DNA of 64,000 nucleotides, taken from Nitrospirota bacterium (lineage in GTDB: Bacteria > Nitrospirota > Thermodesulfovibrionia > UBA6902 > DSMQ01). This document shows positions 8,660 through 16,584 of the stretch, one piece after another. Position 1 is the stretch's first letter; each line of letters starts with the position of its first letter. The position numbers were made by a program, and so were the translations under genes. The notes beneath the pieces were generated by a model. The model saw nothing but the letters and a program-made list of their open reading frames with translations, ran no database searches and had not been told where the DNA came from. The DNA is taken from NCBI GenBank assembly GCA_016208965.1, contig JACQXB010000037.1:110-64109 (forward strand), written 5' to 3'.

Positions 8660-9625
8660 ACGGTTAAGCTTGTATTAGATTTAGAGGAAGAAAAAGACCT
8701 TGCCTCTTTCTATGGCGAAATAGATAAGAATCTTAAAGTCATAGAAGAAGCCTTTGACATCAAGGCATCTCTGAGGGGCAATAAGATACTCATAGAGGGT
8801 GAAGAGAACGGTGTAAGCAGGGCCGGGAGGTTTATTAAAAAATTAAGGGATATAATCGCAGATGGGTACGGTATAAGACCTGATGATATAAGATATGCAC
8901 TCAGGGCCATAAATGAAGCCACCATCAGAGGTGATGAGGCTTCCCTCAAAGAGGTCTTCCTTAATACAATACCTATTCCTTCTAAGAAGAGATTCGTAGT
9001 TCCCCGCTCAGAAAATCAGAGAAGTTATATAGAGGCAATAAGGCAGTATGATATGGTAATAGGAATAGGTCCTGCAGGAACAGGTAAGACATATCTTGCA
9101 GTGGCAATGGCTATAAATGCATTGTTAAAAAAACAGGTAAGCAGAATTATACTTGCAAGGCCTGCTGTAGAGGCAGGCGAGAAGCTCGGCTTTCTGCCGG
9201 GGGATATGTATGAGAAGGTAAACCCATATCTAAGGCCTCTTTATGATGCGCTTTTTGATATGATGGAGTCTGAAAAGGTTTACAGGCTCATTGATAAAGG
9301 AATTATAGAGATAGCACCACTTGCGTTTATGAGGGGAAGGACACTGAATGATTCATTTATAATACTTGATGAAGCACAAAACACCACCTCGGAGCAGATG
9401 AAGATGTATTTGACAAGGCTTGGGTTTAACTCAAAGACAGTTATTACAGGAGATGTAACACAGATTGACCTTCCATCTGGAAGGGCTTCCGGACTTGTAG
9501 ATGCGGAAAAAATACTAAAGGGTATCGAAGGACTATGTTTTATATACTTTAATGAAAAGGATGTTGTAAGGCATAGGCTTGTCCAGGAGGTAATAAAGGC
9601 TTACGAAAGGCATGAGAGGTCATAA
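8660..9625 (+). CDS. phoH: PhoH-like ATPase; N-terminal domain in frame but without a canonical start codon
   Basis: Walker A GPAGTGKTY, ILDEAQN, TGDVTQIDLP. The ORF-track call starts at ATG 9053. However, the frame is open from 8660 and encodes the expected PhoH N-terminal region (LFGEIDKNLKVIEEAF..RGNKILIEGEE-like). Confidence 0.85.
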   Translation, partial: TVKLVLDLEEEKDLASFYGEIDKNLKVIEEAFDIKASLRGNKILIEGEENGVSRAGRFIKKLRDIIADGYGIRPDDIRYALRAINEATIRGDEASLKEVFLNTIPIPSKKRFVVPRSENQRSYIEAIRQYDMVIGIGPAGTGKTYLAVAMAINALLKKQVSRIILARPAVEAGEKLGFLPGDMYEKVNPYLRPLYDALFDMMESEKVYRLIDKGIIEIAPLAFMRGRTLNDSFIILDEAQNTTSEQMKMYLTRLGFNSKTVITGDVTQIDLPSGRASGLVDAEKILKGIEGLCFIYFNEKDVVRHRLVQEVIKAYERHERS

Positions 9626-11117
9626 GATGGATATGAAGAACAATAGCCTTAAATGCAGACCCCAAAACGGCATTAAAAGCAAGGATGTAATAAGGTTTTT
9701 ACTGCTTGTTTGTTTTGTAACACTTATTGGTGTCACCATAATTAGCGAATTATCATTAGGGGTAGTTGTAGGGACATTCCTTATTGTTGCCCTCCTTTTG
9801 CTGATTCTTTACAAAGACATAACGAGATATAAGCCTGCAATCTATAAAGACTATAAGATCCTCTCCCTTATCGGGCTACTGCTTTCAGGTAATCTAATAA
9901 TCAGCAGGGGTTTATATTATATCTTGGAAGGATTTTCAAAGTGGCTTGGTAACTTGGACCCACAACTGGTAACGTATGCCTTGCCGCTTGCGGTTGGGCC
10001 AATGCTAACTGTGCTATTGGTAGATATCCATACCGCAATAGTGTTTTCTGTTATAACCAGCCTTCTTGCAGGTGTGTGGCTTGGAGATTCAATCTACTCC
10101 ATCTTTACCTTTGCATCCGGTCTCACGGCAGCCTTTGGAGTAGTAAGGTGCAAAAGGCGATCAGCTATATGGAGGGCAGGGCTATTTGTTGGACTTGTTT
10201 GTGTATTTACTTCTATAACGATAAACATCCTTAGTGGAAGATTGTTAACCATCAATACGCCTATATCCGCTATTTTTGCTTTCTCCAATGGAATTATAGT
10301 TGCGATACTGGTTTCTGCTCTCCTACCGCTTTTTGAATATTTTTTTAAACTTACAACAGATATAAGCCTCTTAGAGCTTCTGGACCTAAATCAACCCCTC
10401 ATGCGAAATCTTTTGGTAGTTGCTCCTGGCACATATCACCATAGTATCGTAGTAGGGAATTTAGTTGAATCATCAGCAGAGGCAGTTGGTGTAAATCCCC
10501 TTTTGGCAAGGGTTGGTGCTTATTATCATGATATTGGGAAGATGAAAATGCCTGAGTATTTTATCGAAAACCAGACAGGGCTTGTAAGTAAGCATGATAA
10601 ACTCGCACCACACATGAGTAGCATAATATTGCTTTCTCATGTAAAAGAGGGGGTTGAACTCGCAAAACAGCATAAGCTCCCTCAATCTATGATAGACATT
10701 ATTCAACAGCACCACGGGACATCACTTATAACCTATTTTTATCAAAAGGCAAAGGAACAACTTGCTGACTCATCAAATGTGGTATCAGAAGATGACTTCA
10801 GATATCCTGGCCCAAAACCTCAAACAAGGGTAGCCGCCATTGTTCTTATGGCAGACGCCACAGAGGCAGCATCAAGGGTTCTAACAGACCCTACCCCTGC
10901 AAGGGTATCGGCCCTTGTTGATAGGGTTATTAATCATTTTTTTATAGATGGACAGTTGAACGACTGCGAGCTAACTCTTCGCGACCTGCAGGAGATAAAG
11001 AAACATTTCGTTTATATTCTTATTAGTATGTTCCACAGGCGCATTACATATCCTGGTTTTGATATAAAAGATGAAGATTCTAATAAAGAACCAACAGAAA
11101 CACAGGCGACTAAATAA
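9612..11117 (+). CDS. 7-TM receptor-type HD/HDIG phosphohydrolase (PgpH/YqfF-like)
   Basis: Multiple TM helices in residues ~30-250, then HHSIVVGNL, YYHDIGKM and QQHHGTS HD-domain motifs. Position between phoH and ybeY matches Firmicute-like operons. Confidence 0.8.
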   Translation: MRGHKMDMKNNSLKCRPQNGIKSKDVIRFLLLVCFVTLIGVTIISELSLGVVVGTFLIVALLLLILYKDITRYKPAIYKDYKILSLIGLLLSGNLIISRGLYYILEGFSKWLGNLDPQLVTYALPLAVGPMLTVLLVDIHTAIVFSVITSLLAGVWLGDSIYSIFTFASGLTAAFGVVRCKRRSAIWRAGLFVGLVCVFTSITINILSGRLLTINTPISAIFAFSNGIIVAILVSALLPLFEYFFKLTTDISLLELLDLNQPLMRNLLVVAPGTYHHSIVVGNLVESSAEAVGVNPLLARVGAYYHDIGKMKMPEYFIENQTGLVSKHDKLAPHMSSIILLSHVKEGVELAKQHKLPQSMIDIIQQHHGTSLITYFYQKAKEQLADSSNVVSEDDFRYPGPKPQTRVAAIVLMADATEAASRVLTDPTPARVSALVDRVINHFFIDGQLNDCELTLRDLQEIKKHFVYILISMFHRRITYPGFDIKDEDSNKEPTETQATK

Positions 11118-11568
11118 GACAAAGATAGAAAAAGTAGCCAATGGGATTCTTTCACTCTTAGGGCAACATACGAGTGAGCTGAGTATCCTGTTTGTAGGTG
11201 ATAAAAAGATGAAAGAGTTGAATACCATCTACAGGGGTGTGCCAAAAACTACAGACGTCCTTTCATTTCCTCAAATAAGTGAGAAGTTAGAAGTGAAAAG
11301 TAACAAGTTAAAAAGAAGTAAAAAAATAGAAATGTCTTACACTTCCCACTTCTTATTTCCTACTTCTTACTTTTTGTTGGGTGATGTAGTTATAAACGTA
11401 TCTAAGGCAGAAACTCAGGCAAGGGATTTGGGCAGGAATTTTTATGATGAAATTTCACGACTTATGATACACGGCATATTACATCTGCTTGGATATGAAC
11501 ATGAAAGGTGTAGCTATAAGGCTAACATAATGAGAAAGAAAGAAGAGGAGATTTCCAAATGCCATTAA
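11071..11568 (+). CDS. ybeY: rRNA maturation RNase YbeY, carrying an in-frame repeat insertion
   Basis: TDVLSFP, LGDVVI and the HGILHLLGYEH zinc motif. About 30 extra residues (EKLEVKSNKLKRSKKIEMSYTSHFLFPTSYFL) are encoded by the AAGT-heptamer hairpin at 11276-11383. Confidence 0.85.
   Translation: MKILIKNQQKHRRLNKTKIEKVANGILSLLGQHTSELSILFVGDKKMKELNTIYRGVPKTTDVLSFPQISEKLEVKSNKLKRSKKIEMSYTSHFLFPTSYFLLGDVVINVSKAETQARDLGRNFYDEISRLMIHGILHLLGYEHERCSYKANIMRKKEEEISKCH
11276..11383. repeat. Imperfect hairpin of AAGTNNN heptamer words inside ybeY
   Basis: Left arm aagtgagaagttagaagtgaaaagtaacaagttaaaaagaagtaaaaa; right arm cacttcccacttcttatttcctacttcttactttttg, the reverse complement of the same word family. 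Confidence 0.75.
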
Positions 11569-12260
11569 GGAAATTAATTGAGAGCGCCAATCATGCCGTT
11601 AGCGGCATTATTCATACTGCAAAGACACAAAAGCATATGCGTTACCACCTTTATGCGGCATTGTTAATCATAATCCTCAGCCTTGTCTTTGGAGTGGGAT
11701 TATTTGAGTTTATGGTTATCGTAATTCTGGTATCAATAGTGCTTTCGGCAGAGATGTTTAACACCGCGATTGAGGCTGTTATAGATGTACTTTTTAAGGA
11801 ATATGATAGCAAAGCAAAGGCGATTAAAGATATTGCTGCTGGGGCAGTCTTTATAACTGCCATAGGCGCAGCAATAGTGGGCTATATGATACTCCTTAGT
11901 CCCTTTAGGAGTGGTTTTTATGAGGGTCTAACAATAGCCAAACACTCAGGAGAAGGTATAGCCTTTACTTCGCTCGTGATAGTGCTTATCCTGGTGGTTA
12001 TAACAAAGGCATTTTTTGGGAGAGGGACACCTTTGAGGGGAGGGGTGCCCAGCGGTCACGCAGCAATTGCCTTTTCTATATGGACGACGGTCACATTGCT
12101 TTCCGGGAGCTTTATTCTTTCTTTCCTTGTTCTAATCATGGCAATATTAATTGCTCAGAGCAGAGTCAGTATTGGTGTACATAACCCCTGGGAGGTTATC
12201 TTGGGTGCCTTGTTTGGGAGTGTGGTAACTTTCTTTTTATTTAAGTTGTTTCTACCCTGA
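11559..12260 (+). CDS. dgkA: Diacylglycerol/undecaprenol kinase (DgkA) fused to a PAP2-type lipid phosphatase domain
   Basis: N-terminal half has EMFNTAIEAVID (DgkA signature). C-terminal half has PSGH and SRVSIGVHNPWEV (PAP2 motifs C2/C3). Confidence 0.75.
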   Translation: MPLRKLIESANHAVSGIIHTAKTQKHMRYHLYAALLIIILSLVFGVGLFEFMVIVILVSIVLSAEMFNTAIEAVIDVLFKEYDSKAKAIKDIAAGAVFITAIGAAIVGYMILLSPFRSGFYEGLTIAKHSGEGIAFTSLVIVLILVVITKAFFGRGTPLRGGVPSGHAAIAFSIWTTVTLLSGSFILSFLVLIMAILIAQSRVSIGVHNPWEVILGALFGSVVTFFLFKLFLP

Positions 12261-12267
12261 ATTGAAT

Positions 12268-12339
12268 GATTAAGTCAATGAGTCACTCGGTCCTTGAATT
12301 TTTAAATAACTGAGTGACTTAATTGCTTATTGACTTAAT
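12268..12339. terminator. Bidirectional hairpin between convergent dgkA and tRNA-Phe
   Basis: gattaagtcaatgagtcactc ... gagtgacttaattgcttattgacttaat, with an AT-rich loop containing tttttaaat. Confidence 0.5.
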
Positions 12340-12342
12340 AAA

Positions 12343-12418
12343 TGGTGGGCAGTCGCAGAATCGAACTGCGGACACGAGGCTTTTCAGGCCTCTGCTCTAC
12401 CGACTGAGCTAACTGCCC
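12343..12418 (-). tRNA. tRNA-Phe (anticodon GAA), CCA encoded
   Basis: The reverse complement folds as a cloverleaf: GGGCAGT acceptor, GCTC/GAGC D-stem, GAGGC-CTGAAAA-GCCTC anticodon arm, CGCAG-TTCGATT-CTGCG T-arm. Confidence 0.95.
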
Positions 12419-12491
12419 TAACCCTGAATATTTTTCTGTAGTCTCTGAGGTTTTTTTAGACACTTTTTGGCTAACAAAAACTATAGCTACA

Positions 12492-12521
12492 ACTATACCC
12501 CATAGCTTTTTTTATTGTCAA
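12492..12521 (-). promoter_or_regulatory. Candidate sigma70-type promoter for tRNA-Phe
   Basis: The minus strand reads TTGACA (12521-12516), an 18-nt spacer, then TATAGT (12497-12492), ~70 nt upstream of the tRNA 5' end. Confidence 0.35.
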
Positions 12522-12790
12522 CCCTGATAAGTCGTAAACCAAACCCCTGTCTTGTTTCACAAATCATAAGCTGAAAAATTGTACAGTTTTAGTATAAAAT
12601 GTGATTAAATAAAATGCCTCGTAAAAAAGTACATCATAAGCTATCTAATAACTTCTGGATAACAGCGGCATCTTTTCAAACCATTATCTTTTAGAACGTC
12701 TGCCGCAAGCAGGAACAAAAATATGGCATCCAGACGAAGAAGTGTTCTCATGCTCATTGAAAAAATACAAAAACCCTGATACCTTATTAC

Positions 12791-14581
12791 ATGGTTGAAA
12801 AAACTAATCACGAATCAATCTTTCAAAGAAACATACAGAGGGCAGTAGAAAAAGGGTTTATTTCTTTTTCCCCTGATAACTCAAAGATTACATATCACTG
12901 TAGTCGAGACTATACTGCGAGTTTCAAAAAGCCAGAGGAAAAGGTAAGAGCTTCTTATTTTGCCGAACTGGTTTTGGATTATGAATATCCCGATAAGAAG
13001 ATAGACTTTGAAGTCATTGTTCCGAGAAGGAAGCCTGAAGACAGGGCGGATATTGTTATCTATGAAGACGGCGAGATTAAAAAGCCTTATCTGGTTGTTG
13101 AGTGCAAAAAAGACGGCATTTCTGATGCTGAGTTCAAACAGGCGATTGAACAGGCTTTTGGAAACGCAAACAGTTTAAGGGCAAAGTTTGCCGCAGTAAT
13201 TGCCGGCACTACTAAAACAGTCTTTGATATTGCTGGATTTAAGCCGAGTGAGAGAGAAAGAAATGTAGTTTCCGATGTTTCTGTAAGATACGGAAGAACT
13301 CCCAAATATCGATTCGTTAAAGGCGATCCGGCAAGAGATTTAAATATCGTTTCAAGAGAAGAACTTATCAGGGCTTTAGAGAAATCCCACGATACAGTCT
13401 GGCAGGGCGGAAGACTTGCGCCTACGACAGCTTTTGATGAAGTCTCAAAGCTTCTTTTCTGCAAACTGAGAGACGAAAAAGGCACTAAGAAAGGCGATAC
13501 CTACAAATTCCAGATAGGAACTCATGAATCAGCAGAAGACGTTTACGATAGAATTGATTCTATCTATCAAAAGGCAAAAAAGGAAGACTCGGAGGTCTTT
13601 AAAGAAGATATCCGGTTAGATGCAAGGATTGTTTACAATGTGGTTGAGCATCTGCAAGAGTTAGCTATAAATAAGATTGATTTGGATACAAAAGGAATCG
13701 CCTTTGAAAGATTCATGCAGGATTTTTTTAAAGGCAAGATGGGTCAGTTCTTCACCCCGCGCCCGATTGTTGAATTTGCTGTTAAGATGCTCAATCCTGA
13801 AAGAACGGATGTAGTCTTAGACCCTGCCTGTGGAAGCGGCGGCTTTCTGCTTAATGCTATGGATTTAGTCAAAAAATTTGCAGAAGAAAACTATGATGAA
13901 AAAGAAGCATGGGAGCACTGGCATAATTTCGCTATGAATAATCTTTACGGCATTGAGATTAATGACCAGATTGCAAGGGTTTGCAAGATGAACATGATTA
14001 TACATGACGATGGGCATACCAATGTGATAAGCACGGATTCATTAAGAGACGTAAAGGAAATTACTGACATACATAAAGGCTTCAAAAAGGATTATTTCGA
14101 CATCATCCTTACCAATCCACCCTTTGGGGCTACCGTCAAATCAACAGAGAAAAACTATTTAGAAAAGTATGACATTGGAAAGAGCAAGAAAAATCAGAAG
14201 ACAGAGATAATGTTTATTGAGAGGTGCATTGATTTTGTGAAGCCGAAGACGGGTAAGATTGGCATAATATTGCCTGATGGGATTTTAACAAACTCATCTT
14301 TGCAGTATGTGAGAAATTTTATAATGGAGAAATGCCAGATATTAGCCGTTGTTTCCCTGCCTCAATTTGCCTTCACTCATTACGGCGCAGGCGTTAAATC
14401 TTCTCTCGTATTTCTGAGAAGAAAAGGTGAAAATGAAAGATTGACCAGATATCCAATCTTCATGGCAATAGCCGAACACATCGGCTACGACGCCACAGGC
14501 AGAGAAGACCCGATAAATGATTTTGATAAGATTTATGAGGAATATAAAAAGTTTATTGAGCATCATAGTAAAAAGTTTTGA
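12791..14581 (+). CDS. N6-adenine DNA methyltransferase with N-terminal PD-(D/E)xK (HsdR-N-terminal-type) domain; possible BcgI-like RM subunit
   Basis: RADIVIYEDGEIKKPYLVVECKKDG (D...ExK nuclease-like core), DPACGSGGFL (SAM motif I), LTNPPFG (motif IV). Upstream 12614-12790 carries out-of-frame remnants of a typical N-terminal leader. Confidence 0.8.
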   Translation: MVEKTNHESIFQRNIQRAVEKGFISFSPDNSKITYHCSRDYTASFKKPEEKVRASYFAELVLDYEYPDKKIDFEVIVPRRKPEDRADIVIYEDGEIKKPYLVVECKKDGISDAEFKQAIEQAFGNANSLRAKFAAVIAGTTKTVFDIAGFKPSERERNVVSDVSVRYGRTPKYRFVKGDPARDLNIVSREELIRALEKSHDTVWQGGRLAPTTAFDEVSKLLFCKLRDEKGTKKGDTYKFQIGTHESAEDVYDRIDSIYQKAKKEDSEVFKEDIRLDARIVYNVVEHLQELAINKIDLDTKGIAFERFMQDFFKGKMGQFFTPRPIVEFAVKMLNPERTDVVLDPACGSGGFLLNAMDLVKKFAEENYDEKEAWEHWHNFAMNNLYGIEINDQIARVCKMNMIIHDDGHTNVISTDSLRDVKEITDIHKGFKKDYFDIILTNPPFGATVKSTEKNYLEKYDIGKSKKNQKTEIMFIERCIDFVKPKTGKIGIILPDGILTNSSLQYVRNFIMEKCQILAVVSLPQFAFTHYGAGVKSSLVFLRRKGENERLTRYPIFMAIAEHIGYDATGREDPINDFDKIYEEYKKFIEHHSKKF

Positions 14582-14610
14582 AAAGCAGTGGGCAGACAGA
14601 TATTTTTTTA

Positions 14611-14685
14611 TTTGTCATTCCGCACTTGATGCGGAATCCAGTCTCTATTTTTCTGGATTCCTGCTTCCGCAGGAATGACGACAAA
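14611..14685. repeat. MITE-like double hairpin (gtcattcc..ggaatccag / ctggattcc..ggaatgac)
   Basis: tttgtcattccgcacttgatgcggaatccag ... ctggattcctgcttccgcaggaatgacgacaaa. The same family occurs at 15144-15219, 20778-20911 and 51805-51835. Confidence 0.75.
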
Positions 14686-14706
14686 CTAATACTATAGGAA
14701 TAAAGT

Positions 14707-16108
14707 ATGCAATGCTTTGTTGTCTGGAGTAACGAGATTGAAGGGAGATTAGACCCTAATCTTTACGAGCCTAAATACAAAAAACTTTCAACAAATTTAA
14801 AAAAGATTAAATGTCAGGAGTTGGGCGATATAATTGCTTTTTCAAATGAGACATGGGAACAAAAAACTTTTTTTGGTGACAAGTTTCCTTATATTGAGAT
14901 AAGTGAGATTGATGTTATTTCAGGCGAAATTAGAAACATTATTTACTATGATAAAAAAGAAGCTCCAAGTAGAGCCAGAATGGTAGTAAGAGAAGACGAC
15001 ATAATTGTTTCTACAACAAGACCACATAGAGGAGCAATTTCTTTAATAGATAAGTCAAAAGATGGTTTTATTGCTTCAACAGGCTTTGCTGTATTAAGAG
15101 AATTAAACCTGAATCCTGCGTGAAAAATCATAATTTTACCTTTCTGGATTCCCGCTTACTGATTGCGGGAATGACAACCAAATAAATGTCATGCCCGAAG
15201 TTTTTAATCGGGCATCCAGTTCTTTTTCTATCTGCTTTAATGAATTAAAAAAAATAATTATCCCCCTCTCTCCCCTTCCCATCCAAACCCAAATCGTTGA
15301 CATTATGCGGTTTGCATATAATCAGAAGAAAGAGAAAGAGGCAGAAGCACAGAAGCTATTGGATTCGATTGACGGATACGTGCTTGATGAGTTGGGAATA
15401 AAACTGCCGGAGGTTGAGGACAAGATGTGCTTTGTTGTTGACTCTGAAGAAGTGCGGGACAATAGAGCGGATGCTTATTATTATCAGCCAAAATTTGAAG
15501 AACTGGCAAAGGCGATAGAGAGAGGACGATACGGAATTGAAAAATTGAAGAAGTTTATAACAAAAATCCATTATGGTGTTTCTATCAAGAATGTCTATGT
15601 TGATGAAGGAATACCCCTGCTTAGGATATTAAATTTAAAACCTAATAAAATAGACCTGACAGCTGTTGTCAACCTTGAAGAATCAAAGAGAAAAGAAATT
15701 GGCAATGGTTTTGTTTACGAAGGCGACTTGTTAATTTCCAGAAGTGGGTCTGTTGGAATTGTTGCTGTTGTTCCAAAAGAAGCAGATGGTTTTGCCTTTG
15801 GCTCGTTCATGATTAAGTTTTGTATTAATGATGAAATAAGTAAAGAATATGTCTCCTTATGGCTAAATAACTACTTTACTAAACTGCTAACAGAGAGAGA
15901 AAAAATAGGAGCAATACAAGGCAATATAACAATATCAACTATAGAAAACTTTCAAATCCCTCTTCCCTCTCTCGAAGTCCAGAACAAAATCGCTGATGAA
16001 GTTAAAAGACGAATCTCTGAAGCTGAAAGGCTTAAAGCGGAAGCAAATAAGATTATTGAAGAAGCTAAAAAAAAGGTTGAAAAGATAATATTTGGAGGTA
16101 TGATTTAA
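14707..16108 (+). pseudogene. HsdS-type specificity subunit, interrupted by a MITE (two ORFs 14707-15123 and 15191-16108)
   Basis: The first ORF is TRD1 (STTRPHRGAISLI, ASTGFAVLR) and stops at 15121-15123. The MITE lies at 15144-15219. The second ORF resumes at IIPLSPLPIQTQIV (central conserved region), then TRD2 and PLPSLEVQNKIADEV. About 40 residues of the TRD1 tail appear to be lost. Confidence 0.7.
15144..15219. repeat. MITE-like double hairpin inserted in the S-subunit gene
   Basis: ctggattcccgcttactgattgcgggaatgac ... gtcatgcccgaagtttttaatcgggcatccag. Confidence 0.75.
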
Positions 16109-16584
16109 TGCTCACTCAGTCTGAAGCAGACGCTTTATTTGCAATGCCTAAGAAACCTAAGTCAAACGATCCTGTTACATTTCCTCATGCTGGAGGAAAA
16201 CTGCTTGTAGAGTTTGTTTCTTTAGACGACAGAGAGATTTTTCTTTTCAATATTAATAGGGCGAGCATAGAGGTTTCTAAATGTACTTATCAAAAACGTG
16301 CCCGCCATGTAGAAATCTTAAGACGACTGGATATTGGTGGTTCTCCGCATCCTAACCCAGAGGTTGAGACTGTTCCTTTAGATTTCCTTTCTCCCTATAA
16401 TGGAGTTGAAATGCCATGTCCTCACCTGCATATCTATGTTGAGGGTTTTGCCGATAAGTGGGCTATTCCCGCACCTGCGGAGTTGTTAAATTCAAATAAC
16501 GACTTATATGCCACTATGGAAAGTTTTTTAAAATATTGTAATGTAACAGAGATGCCGAATATAGAAAGAGGGTTATTCCTATGA
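16108..16584 (+). CDS. Hypothetical protein (158 aa), translationally coupled to the S gene
   Basis: ATG overlaps the S-gene stop (TAATG). Motif region GGSPHPNPE...CPHLHIYVEGFADKWAIP. I cannot confidently name a family from the sequence. Confidence 0.6.
   Translation: MLTQSEADALFAMPKKPKSNDPVTFPHAGGKLLVEFVSLDDREIFLFNINRASIEVSKCTYQKRARHVEILRRLDIGGSPHPNPEVETVPLDFLSPYNGVEMPCPHLHIYVEGFADKWAIPAPAELLNSNNDLYATMESFLKYCNVTEMPNIERGLFL

Noticed and set aside
12343-12418. tRNA-Phe as the integration site (attB) of the 12.4-19.1 kb island
   Set aside because: The island lies on the 5' side of the tRNA, whereas integrases normally target the 3' end. I saw no direct repeat of the tRNA 3' segment near 19.0-19.15 kb, and no integrase in the island.
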